Origin: Phoronis australis
Lineage: Eukaryota > Animalia > Phoronida
Reading direction: 5' to 3'
Assembly: GCA_002633005.1 (NCBI GenBank)
Contig: NMRA01000216.1
Coordinates: 468,441-532,440, forward strand
Length of the DNA: 64,000 bases
Numbering within the stretch: the stretch's first letter is position 1; every line of letters begins with the position of its first letter. Under the pieces are notes generated by a model, which saw only the letters and a program-made list of their open reading frames with translations, did not search any database and had not been told where the DNA came from. Made by a program: the position numbers and the translations under genes. Positions 53,207-64,000 of the stretch are shown here, one piece after another.

Positions 53207-53521
53207 AGTGGCCCTCCCCCCAAACAGAATAAGGTACAGTTTATTACCAATTAAAGTAAAATACAATAAGGAAGTATGATGAGGAAACAGCAACATGACA
53301 GATGACTACACTCACATCAACATTGACAATGTAGAGGACTTAATCTCAAAGACCGCAACATCACCATCGATACTGTCAACAACACCAACAGTGCTGACAA
53401 AAACAAAAAATGCCATCAGTACAACACTCATTGATGACAATACTATAGCACCCACAACAATCACAAAGCCAATAACATTAACGTCACTGACAAGAAACCA
53501 ATGCCATGATAAACAATGTCA

Positions 53522-54833
53522 ATAGACCTTATTCACGCAGTCGCCATTTTAGTATTGAGCCTCTTTTTAGGTTTAAAAAACAATGCATTTGAGACATGAA
53601 TATAACGAGGCACGCGAAAAAATCACGCTTTGCGCTGTATTTAAGCGCAAAATGCATTGCTTTTAAAATCTAACAAGAGCAACGCAGAGCGTTGAAATGC
53701 GCCCACAATTGCACCGCATACGGTATCCTTCTAGGGTTGTTTATTGGTACCATAAAGTGGCCAGTAGAGGGCACATATGTAGTATGTTGTACTTTGCAAA
53801 ATGGAAAGGCATGGTCATTGTCTCCTCAATAGGCTAGGGGCAAAATGTGAGTGATCTTCATAATACAAGCACATCNNNNNNNNNNNNNNNNNNNNNNNNN
53901 NNNNNNNNNNNNNNNNNNNNNNNNNNNNNNNNNNNNNNNNNNNNNNNNNNNNNNNNNNNNNNNNNNNNNNNNNNNNNNNNNNNNNNNNNNNNNNNNNNNN
54001 NNNNNNNNNNNNNNNNNNNNNNNNNNNNNNNNNNNNNNNNNNNNNNNNNNNNNNNNNNNNNNNNNNNNNNNNNNNNNNNNNNNNNNNNNNNNNNNNNNNN
54101 NNNNNNNNNNNNNNNNNNNNNNNNNNNNNNNNNNNNNNNNNNNNNNNNNNNNNNNNNNNNNNNNNNNNNNNNNNNNNNNNNNNNNNNNNNNNNNNNNNNN
54201 NNNNNNNNNNNNNNNNNNNNNNNNNNNNNNNNNNNNNNNNNNNNNNNNNNNNNNNNNNNNNNNNNNNNNNNNNNNNNNNNNNNNNNNNNNNNNNNNNNNN
54301 NNNNNNNNNNNNNNNNNNNNNNNNNNNNNNNCTCTACATAGTAAGCATATACATGCCAATTTTCACAATCATCCTTTGAGCGGTTTGGTTGATAGAGGGG
54401 TGGATGCACAAAAACAGACTCGAAAACACTAAAAATGGCCAATAGGTGGCGCAAATTATGTCGAATCCATCTGAAAACAGGAGGATAGCGTCATCTCACT
54501 AATAGGTGCCTACATATCAAATTTCATGAAAATCCGTTCAGGACTTTTGAAGATACAAAGGTAAGCGTAAAAAACTAAAATTGCCACTAGGGGGCACACC
54601 AGTAGTCGGATCCGTCCGAAAGTTCGTACATGCCGTCCCATTCATGAATGGAACAAATGTGCCTAATTTCATGAACATATGTCAAAGGGTTTTGGAGATA
54701 GAGCAGCGGACGCCGGACGGACGCCGCCCATACGGATGGACGCCGCCCATACGGACGGACGGACGGACGGAGATGACGGCGCATAAAAAGACTAGCTCAT
54801 ATTTAAAATGGCGACTGCATGAATAGGATGTAT
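53522..54833. mobile_element. Hairpin MITE with ATAGAC terminus and 7-bp TSD, right arm interrupted by a HINE
   Basis: Left arm 53522-53592 pairs with 53648-53671 plus 54785-54833. Flanks are AATGTCA (53515-53521) and AATGGCA (54834-54840). Confidence 0.8.
53672..54789 (-). mobile_element. HINE family 1, second near-complete copy (interior partly in N gap)
   Basis: Highly similar to 1066-1268 and 1896-2350. It has an intact stem-loop CAACGC-AGA-GCGTTG and is inserted in an A-run without a TSD. Confidence 0.88.
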
Positions 54834-55059
54834 AATGGCAACCTCCACTGACATCAATCACGACACCTAATGCCCATGACTAAAACGAAGCCAAAAAGAG
54901 GACACCCATGATGCAGGGGAAGAGCATGACCGACATCACCGGCATCTTCTGCTGTATCATTAAATGACCACAAATTTGCTGCCACACTCACCAACAACAG
55001 CAATGCCGCCAGAAACATAGACAAAAACACCAAAGAACAAACTTGCCTGATGGTGCACT

Positions 55060-55232
55060 GACATGGTCACGTGAACCAATTATTAACAGATTGGTATAAA
55101 CTCAAAAATCAAATTCTACAGGCTTTCTTTTTCCAGAAAATGTATACTTTTATTCAGTTAAAATCTACAGTTTTCTTGATATTTTGCTAAATGTATGGTG
55201 CAAACTTGTCCATGAGGTCCTACCAACCTTAA
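55060..55232 (-). mobile_element. Family K (Kolobok-like) terminal fragment
   Basis: Similar to 58650-58815 and ends GGTCCTACCAACC|TTAA. Confidence 0.55.
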
Positions 55233-58200
55233 CCGTTCACACCACGTTGAAGCATCCATGCTGGTCTTTGTCAAATCCACCTGTTTACTGGGAGATTAAC
55301 TCGCCCCGCTAACTCCAATCCAGGGCCAAAGTTAACCGTTCATACCAACCAAGACTCCCTAAAGCACCGACATAGGTATCAAAGGCCTCACAGACTTACA
55401 TTACAGAAATATCTAAAATTTTACCTGTCAACATAACAGCTGAAACAGTGGCAACTAATAGGTATAAGGGTTGATAGGGGTTTATAAGATAATGAATACC
55501 TGGAGAACAGGTAACACTGGTGTGAAATGCACTCAGTCACAGTAACAAAGTACAAAGGACTGGGTCATTTAGGGAAGACGATGACACTCTGCAACAGAAA
55601 CTACTCATTAACTGTTAAGTGGGTACTATATAGTATTATAACATGTATAATGGTTAAAAGAATCAGGTTGGTGAAAGATGAGCCACTGAAAAATGGACAC
55701 TTGGACCAGCCAATCAGCTTATCAGTATTTAGCAGATGCAGGCAAAGATAACAGCTAAATCTTACTTCATAACCATACTTTACAGCCAGTTGAGCCATGA
55801 CACAAATTGTTACTTCGGCAACAGACTTGTCAAATATATCACTTTACCGCAAGACTTTACCGCGAGACTTTACCACACATTTAAGAATTTCGATGTTGCC
55901 AAAATGTTTGTATTGCAACAGCATCTCGACAATATCTTAACTATATATGACTTCCACCTAAACTATGAACTCAGCCCGATGAAAAATGAAAAATACAACC
56001 CACTCTTCAATGGTGTCGAAGAGGAGGTTCCAAGTTTGCTGACTGGCTGCAGGAGCTCACTATTTGTAGATTTGTAAAGTGACGAGATTTTGGAAGACAG
56101 AACAAGTACAAGTTTGAGTACGTGAACTGTAGAAACTCTTTCTAATTCACATTCATTAAAATTCTCACAAAACCCATTGTAACACAATAAACAAATTGAA
56201 CAAAACATTGTCACAGGTAATGCCCCTTTTAACATAAAATTCAATTTTTTTCTAAATAACTGAAAGCAATTCAAAGTCCTCAGTTACTGAGTTTCAGAGT
56301 GACAAGGACATTCAGGAGCACCTCGACAAATTGTTATCAAAATATCAAAGATGCATGAAGGGCTGTAGAATTCATTAAATAGATTTACAATGTTATCTCA
56401 TACAAGTATATCAAATTCAGCTCAATGGATAGCACACAGCCAGAATATCCACCATTTCCAGACCATAATTAGTTAGCTAATTACACAGTGCCCCAGGTAA
56501 CACTATGTAACACCAGGTTGATGGATATAATCAATCATCCATAAAAAGAATTTGTCCATCAATTAGTAATATCCTGTAAGGACCCTGACACAATGGTCAA
56601 CCTGACTTAAAGACTAAGTTTGAAAGTAACTGACCACTCGTGTACAGAAGCCTGCGTGCACTTATCATGACAAGCTGTTACAGGTCATTGCATACAAAAG
56701 GATACCACCAGGGTTGCGATCCATCACGAAAAAGCAAATCATGCAAGGCTATGCAAAATGATATTTTATTAAAAAAAAACATCTTGATCTCTGCCTGTTC
56801 GTGTGAAGTGAAGTGATTACTTTCAAAGTAGAACGAGTTGGTAGCAAACAGTTCTCAGGTAACAGCAATTATAACTGTGCCACATTGGCAAGCCCCTCTC
56901 ATTAATCGCATTCAGACCTCAACTTATTTCAACAGTTAGGTACTGAATGTTCACAGAGGTTGATTGTCTGTGAGAACATAGGATGTGATGCAATTTTAAT
57001 CAACAGCAAGTTTCAAATCAATGAAAGACAGGATAACAATTTTTGAGTGGCGAGCTCAGTTAATCTCGTAGAGGTACATGTAATAGACTACATATATTGA
57101 GCCATATTACTGTTTTTATTATTTAGTGTAACTCAAGTTAGAGCAAATTCATTAGTGAATAAGGCATTGAAATTCAATTTTATATTTGCTACACTATTCA
57201 TACATGTGGTCATGAAAAAAATAAAAGAGCAACAGAAAAAACTACTATGCAATGATATTCAAAAATGGTGCTGCACTGGGCTTTAAAAGGTCATAACCAA
57301 TTCAAGGGCCGAAAATTACATTTTCTGGTATTATTGCTGGGTAGGATTAGACTTTCTGACGTCATTTGCAATGACCAAAATAGAAAAATCTGTTGTGTTT
57401 CTGTAAATTAATAACACTGATTCCTGACTATGACTTTCTGCCATTTAATAGAACGTGAAATTGAAGTTAGTGACTTTATCAGTTGAATGCTATGCTACTA
57501 ACTTGTTTCTTTGGCTTTTTGCTTTACTGGCAAGGCATCGAACGGTGACTAGCCGAGCTCATGGGTTCCACAAGTCCGTGTGCAGCGGGCTATAAGCCAG
57601 TTCCACAATGCTGGGACTCAGCTGCAGGCAACGGAACTCGGCCACGGCACCTAGTCGCCTGAACTGAATAGCCCGGGGATTAAAAAGCGAGGAATCGCAG
57701 CTTTACTCGGATTGTTTGACGATTTCCTAACTTGCCCAGTGGGTCAATACTCAGTTGTGTGAGGAAATGCTATTTCTATTAATTTCATTTTCAAAGAAAT
57801 CTCAGGTTCGTGATACCTTTAATATCAAATTGACCAAAAATCCTTAAAAACGTAACATTCTTGAAAAATCAAAATGTCTTCTAGTACTTCCTGCACGTTG
57901 GTCAGTGAATGTGCTGAAGTGGTGTGCATTTCTATCTATGTACAAGAATACGTTAGTAAAGTACCAACCAGCAAGCAGGTGATCTTTCATTTGCACGCAA
58001 CAGCACCAGTTGGCACTCGCTCATATGTCCACACTAGATCAAATTGAACACAATTGTTAACACCCCCACCCCATTCCATAGAAGCACTGTACTTCATCAA
58101 GGCTGTTATGGGTTGCTCCATGGGAGGAGCAGAGCAATTGTCACATTAGCAATGCCTTCAATATTGCTTCTTTGAACCACAGCTGTATCAGCACCTTTGA

Positions 58201-58361
58201 TGCTAGGCAAAGGACTGCTGGGAATTCTTCACAATAGACCAGATTCGTTGCGTTTGAAAATCAACTCTTATTCTACTGTAGTTTGTAATAAGTCTGAACT
58301 ACCTTCAAAAATTTTCCTTCTAACCAGTTCATTGGTGGCTACCAGAAATAACAGGTGACTT

Positions 58362-59340
58362 TAAGTTATGTAGGACCATCTTTGGCATCCTATCATATCT
58401 CGAAACGACTGATCAGACTCATATGAAACTTTCAAATACTGATTCATGTACTATTCTGCAAAATACACTACATGAGGGTTTATCAAAATTAAGACTTAAG
58501 ATTTTCTGAAAAAAAAATTTAAAGTTGCATGAAAGGGAACAAATTAAATTTTGAAAATTGTAACAACATTTTTGAGATCACACCTTGAACATTTGCATCA
58601 AAACAAAATTTGGTCGTGTTATTGCTATCAATATGCGAAATTTCAAAGATACAGTCACATGACTCATTTGATAACAGATTTGTATAAGGTTAAAAATTAA
58701 ATTCTACATGCTTTCTACTTTCAGAAAATTATAAAAATAAGAAATACTTTTACTGAGTTAAAATCTAGTTTTATTAATATTTAGCTAAATGCAGACTTTT
58801 CGATAAGGTCCTAAATGTACATGGGATCTTATAACCATCAGCATTTCGCAAAATATTAATTAAACTATAGATTTTAACTCAATAAAAGTTAATATTTTCC
58901 GAAAGTAAAATTTGATTTCTGACTTTTTACCAATCTGTTAACTTATTAAACGGGTCACATGACCATGTCTTTTTAGTGAAATTTAGCAAAAAAAAGAAAG
59001 GTACACGGATAGCAAAACAACAGTATCAATAACGTGATCAAATTTTATTTGATATAAATTTCAATGTAACATATCAGAAACGCTGTTACAGATTTCTAAA
59101 ATATTGTTTCGTTTTGTTTTAGGCAACTGTGAAGATTTTTCATGGAAATTATGAAAGTTCTATTTTCTGGTAGCCATGTTGAAGTTGAACACATTAAAAG
59201 CAGTTCCTAACAGTGTTTTTGAGAATAGAGCGTAAAGGCTAGTATATGGAAGTATCACATGAATCCGAATCAGCTATCTTTGATATATGATGTTCCAAAG
59301 TCAGCCAAATTTGGAATTTCATGGAGCTCTACATAGCTTT
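58362..59340. mobile_element. Two family K (Kolobok-like) copies in inverted, head-to-head arrangement
   Basis: 58362-58815 is a minus-strand copy and about 58840-59340 a plus-strand copy of the element at 6756-7215. Confidence 0.65.
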
Positions 59341-61749
59341 TTATATTATTAAAATAGTCAGTAGGTAGTGCTACTGATGCAATCTTGGCTTTGTATCAGC
59401 CTCGTCCCCAAGCGTCACGATGGCAGTGATCTGTTTTATTATCTGAACAGAACGAGGACGGTAAACTGTTCACCTGTACATATGGGGGGTGTTTGTAAAA
59501 TAAATGCAAGGATTTTTTTAGCAGAGCACTTCGCACCAATGTTGTATGAAAATTTTCTGTGCCGCACTAGGCTTGATGAGTGCCATCTAGCGCATTGTCT
59601 CCATGTCATACCTTCACACAATCCTTTCAAATTCTAACACAACAACAATACAGAGCAGCTGATCAAAACGAACATTACTGACAGGTATCTCTTGATTAAG
59701 TTTGACTCTAGATGACAATGGCTTTCATTGTTAACCATTTGCACAGTATTTTTTTCCGCATTAGGACTTGCACATCGATTATCCAACATAATTGAAATTG
59801 AAACGGCCAGGTAGTTGTGTAATTCTGCAGGGTTGTGATTCCCACCTGCGAATCCAAGAACATAAGAATGAATTTGAATAAAATTATAGTTGAGCACAAC
59901 CAACCAGCAAGTTACAGGACAGATTCATCCAAAGAGTAAGCATGAGAATTTGCCGCTGTATGGAGTAAAAAAATGAAGAAATTTTGGGAAATTTGGATAT
60001 TTCCGAAATGTTAATCTCTTGCCAGCTTGCGTAGTAAACCTACAACTGACAACAGATGGATTTTGATATCGAAAAGCTCGCCTAAAACTCCTCACCACAA
60101 TGCTGGAACATAGCACCAATTTCATGTCCACAATAATCAACCAATCAAGTTACAAGATTATCGACACATTGAGAAATGCTAACATCCCATAGTTTACAGA
60201 ATGCTGCCATTTAAAGCAGACATGAAGGAAAGTAGCTGACACGGACCCGAAGTTCATACGCAGTTAAGTGCAATAAAAGTGCTCCTGCAACAGAAATACT
60301 GAAATTTCTCAAGGACAAGAAATGTGACCAGTATCATGCAAATAAACAAACAAATTTCAAAAGCAAAACTGCATAGATGACGAATTTCCGATTTTGCTGA
60401 GTGGAGTAAATACAAACCTCATGTCAAAAATAAATCTGAAATACTGCTCAAAAGCTTGGTTTTCTCCACTGTCTACAGCTGCAACTGACTGACTAGGGCT
60501 TCCACTAAGTTGTTCTAGTCAGACCATGAGTAATACCCCTGTTCACTGGGTCATCACAATCAATTCCATTCAGACACAATAAGGTTGTCAGCTGATGCCT
60601 CTGATGCTTTTGTCCCAGTGGCGCACCCTGGTGGGAAGCTCTGGGCTTACATTTGGCAGCAGACATTTTGGTGTTACAATGCCTTCACTCATTGTAAATG
60701 TCTTGTCTGAAATAAATCAAGCAAACCACTAATTTAGTATCATAACAATAACAGACATAATGTAAAACTTTTTCAGGGACTTTGGCACTATACTAAAGTT
60801 ACTAAATTTAGTAGCACAACCCAAAAAATAGCAACTCAGAGCATTCATCTGCGCCGCCCAACGAGATAAATTAATATATAGATTAATAGTGCCCACCCAT
60901 GTGTATCTCGTACAGCACAGATTCAATGATCATTATTTTAAACATTCCCAGTTGACAGGGTACTGTAGTAGCCTGCTGAGCTCTAGGCTAGGGCCAGCGT
61001 TTAGCAAAATATACAAATTTCATCAGAAACACTTGAAAAGTATCTTAAATGGTAACTTTAGATATGCCATCTGTACAGCTTTTTTGAATTTTGTAAATCG
61101 GTTTGACGGTTCTCGGGTTATTTAAATTTTAGAGCCTCAAAAAAGGCCCTTTTTTCATCAAACAACACCTAGAAATTTCAGGCCATAGAAAATGGTAGCT
61201 AGGCCTAAGTTTAGACACCTATATTTGAGAATCCATAGTTTACTGTGTTCCTATTTTTAAAAAACAAGATGGTGAGTTTTTTACAAGTAAGTTAACAACA
61301 TGGCATGGACACCAAACCACAAACTATTATATTTTATATGAACAAGAACAATAAAATTCACCATCGACTCGACTTGTGATGGGGCATTTTTGCCCCTGAA
61401 GCCAAGTTGAACAAAGGATGTTTTGAAAAGAGAGCAACTTATTACTTTGAAAATGACAGAACACTTCAAGAATTACTTTGGTTTATTGCCTTGTTTCTTT
61501 CGTTCTAACAGATTTTGAAACAAGCTATTGAAAACTATGAAAAATGGTAAAATTTCGCTCTTGCTGAATTTTGGCAATAAATAATTAGGTTTGCTCACCC
61601 TATCTAGGCTAGGGCCGGAGGTGCAAACCAAATCGAATGTTCTCCTCAATAGGACACACCTGCCATCTTTCATCTTGATACTTAAAGTTTGTCATGTGTA
61701 ATAATTTATCTCGTTGAGTCTATCTATTCGGGGCAGATACCTTCCACTA

Positions 61750-63345
61750 ACCATGGCATGTGACGTACAGCAGACCATCTTCGCTAGACACGACCACCAA
61801 GTGCTAGATCAAGAATGTGCTGTCCCCTAGCGGAAACAGACTTGCTGAAAAGACTTGGCTGAAGAAATCAATGAGATAAATGTAGCTCACTGGAAAAGAC
61901 TTTGTCGTGGTTCAGATGTACGAGATCTGTTCACTGCTTTGAATTAAAAATTCTTTTGTAGTCTAATTTTCTATTATTTCCTGTCATTCTTCCTTTTATA
62001 TTCCACGCTACCTCGCGCATTTCTAGCTTCTGTAGTTGCGATGTTGTTTGGTAGGCTTCCCTGAAACAATGTTTCACAAGATGTGCTGACCTCTTTAGGT
62101 GACCATTAAAAGTCCAGACATTCTTAACAAATATTCAAAGACAAGTACACCACCCTTTGATGAGAAACTTTTGAAACTGGTGGCATTGCTTTTGCGACAA
62201 GTGAACGGTTTTAATTGCATACATTAATTACTCCACAGACTACCCAGTTGCCCTTTTACAAACTTGATTGGTTTTATTTTACATCCGAAGTTGCTTATAC
62301 GTACTTGATTCGATTATTGCTGTCGCTCTAAAATATTTCAAAGCAGTTTCAAGGTAACACTATTCAAAAATAAACTTTGGGAACTCGTTAAGATAATCCA
62401 TTCAATTTTTTTAAAACACGCAGATTGACGAGACGTATTATTCAGGCCTGAAGGAAGGTCAACGTTATTTAAGTAGTCACAAACCCGTTTGGCCCAAGAA
62501 GCGAACTTTTGATTTGGACTACTTACCGCTGTAAAACGTATCTCAAGTGTCAACTTGTTACTTGTTGAGATGAGAAGATTTCTGGGTTTGTTGAGAACTG
62601 ACCGCAGACGACGTGACACTTTAAACCATGCTCGACGTACTTGGCCTAAATGAAACGCCGTGCCAAGCGAACTTGGCCGGTACAAGAACAGGGTCTCAAC
62701 CAGTAACCAAATGACAGTTCCTTCTAAGCCTTTAAATCACAATACCTCCAAACAGTTGAGGAATGCATTCTTAGAATCCTATGCTCCAATTTGACGAAAG
62801 AAGAATTAGGCCAGCGGCACTGAGTGGTTTAAATCCGTCAAAAGTTGGTTTTGTGACGGGAAGTGGGTTTGCTGTACAGGGCGTACCGTATTTTATAGTT
62901 GTTGAAAGGAACACTTCAATTCATAATACCTTGCACAAAAGCATTTGTACAAATAACGTTTGTACAAAAACATCTACAAGATGGACAGAGTGTCCGGACG
63001 GGTATGTAGTATCCTTAGCTATGAGCATGACAGTGGAGAAGGCTTTGGACACAACCAAAAAAAAGGAAAACGGCGCCGGCGTCCCGTGTGATGCGACTAA
63101 TATTTGTCTCTCGGACACAGTGGTTTGACCCACTCCTGCCGCGAGATACTAGATCGGCTTCAAATTATTATATTCCACGTGCCCTCCCCTGACTTTGCTT
63201 CCTGTAGTCATTCAGGATTTAAATGGGAGGGGGAGGCAGGAAACCCGGGATACCAAAAAATACGCCTTCGGCATGAGTTGCACGAACTTCGTGCAATATA
63301 TCATGGTGTCCTGCCCTTCATTTGTCACGATACCTAATACCCGTG
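61750..63345 (+). pseudogene. Tentative decayed death-domain + NACHT (NLR-like) gene
   Basis: Fragments occur in different frames but in the expected order: KDLAEEINEINVAHWKRLCR (death-domain-like), LKEGQRYLSSHKPVWPKKRTFDLDYLPL (pre-NACHT-like), a degenerate P-loop near 62675-62700, RPAALSGL...VTGSGFAVQGVPYFI (sensor-1/GF-like), and IIF...GF plus YAF/HELHELRAIY (winged-helix-like). There are many stops, frameshifts and apparent deletions. Confidence 0.35.
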
Positions 63346-64000
63346 CTCTTTCTTCTAACAACGTTGTAACACCTGAAAATGGTCGGAGAAATAACTCACC
63401 GAAACATTGAAAATAGGCTAGAGGTTGACGTAAATAGACCCATTTATTTAAGAAATGATGTAACTACATCACCCTCTCAAATTAGCGGCCCTATCGAACG
63501 TTATGTTGAACATTTTAGTACTTTGGATACCGTAGGTTGAAGAAAGAATGATAATTTGTTGTCGACATTACATTTTTTTAAAGTAGGACCTACAATTATA
63601 TTTCTCAAGTGTCCACAGTCTCAGCTTTTGAATTGCAAGTCGGTGAGAGGCTTGGTTTTTCCATGTGCAAAAATTAAGATTTGCTAGTAACAATATATTA
63701 TAATTTCCATTGACACTGAAGCACGATCTGAGCCACTTTTCTGCGATCAACACGCACAAGTCCAATTTTATTACACGGCTGTTGATACTTCTGTCTTCTG
63801 TTTGGTTAAAACTCAGATATTAGTCTATCTGGGGTTAAAAGAAAGCACACTAACTTCCAAAATGTGGCCATCTTGACCGGAGAGTCGTGGAATGTCACTT
63901 TTCATTCATGCCACCCGGACGTCAGATGTCGCTATTGGCGATGTGACCAACTGTAGCTTGCAGGATTCTCGACGACAGTACATCAAGGCAAATAAAACAT

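Noticed and set aside
53295-53525. Thr-rich mucin-like ORF
   Set aside because: It is a degenerate (ACA)n-type low-complexity tract that continues after the inserted MITE, with no splice support.
16284-54454. Long ORFs spanning N runs (16284-16680 and 53826-54454)
   Set aside because: They are open only because of the assembly gaps.
55736-56110. 113-aa ORF with faint resemblance to Penelope-like reverse transcriptase motifs (HLDNILTI, LFVDL)
   Set aside because: The catalytic DD is absent and nothing flanking supports it. It cannot be called without a profile search.
62338-62735. Minus-strand 115-aa ORF with an upstream FKGLE helicase-like word, and a consensus donor GCG|gtaagt at 62526 as first exon of the LIM gene
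   Set aside because: A single short motif and a single donor are expected by chance. The plus-strand NLR-like reading explains more of the region. The donor remains testable by RNA-seq.

Overview
AT-rich, intron-dominated eukaryotic DNA from a draft assembly with N gaps and three single-N joins that duplicate allelic sequence. It is probably from a polymorphic marine invertebrate, possibly a deuterostome; that is inference only. No prokaryotic operons, rRNA or CRISPR arrays are seen. Much of the window appears to be introns of one minus-strand gene. Its clearest exon (17799-18060) encodes the first zinc finger of a LIM domain. Two upstream ATG-bearing exons (46313-45932 and 37536-37443) both end in phase 1 and could be alternative N-termini. 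A 172-aa intronless ORF lies on the plus strand at 48985-49503. A heavily decayed death-domain/NACHT (NLR-like) remnant is tentatively seen at about 61.75-63.35 kb. The rest is non-autonomous transposons: Helentron-type HINEs, hairpin MITEs, Tc1/mariner-, Kolobok-, Harbinger- and hAT-like elements, and tRNA-derived repeats. Two observations stand out. First, one HINE family carries a co-oriented array of CTCF-like motifs at about 150-bp spacing. Second, both of its near-complete copies sit in the right arm of two different ATAGAC-ended hairpin MITEs with 7-bp TSDs. All comparisons were made by eye, and repeat boundaries are approximate unless a TSD fixes them.
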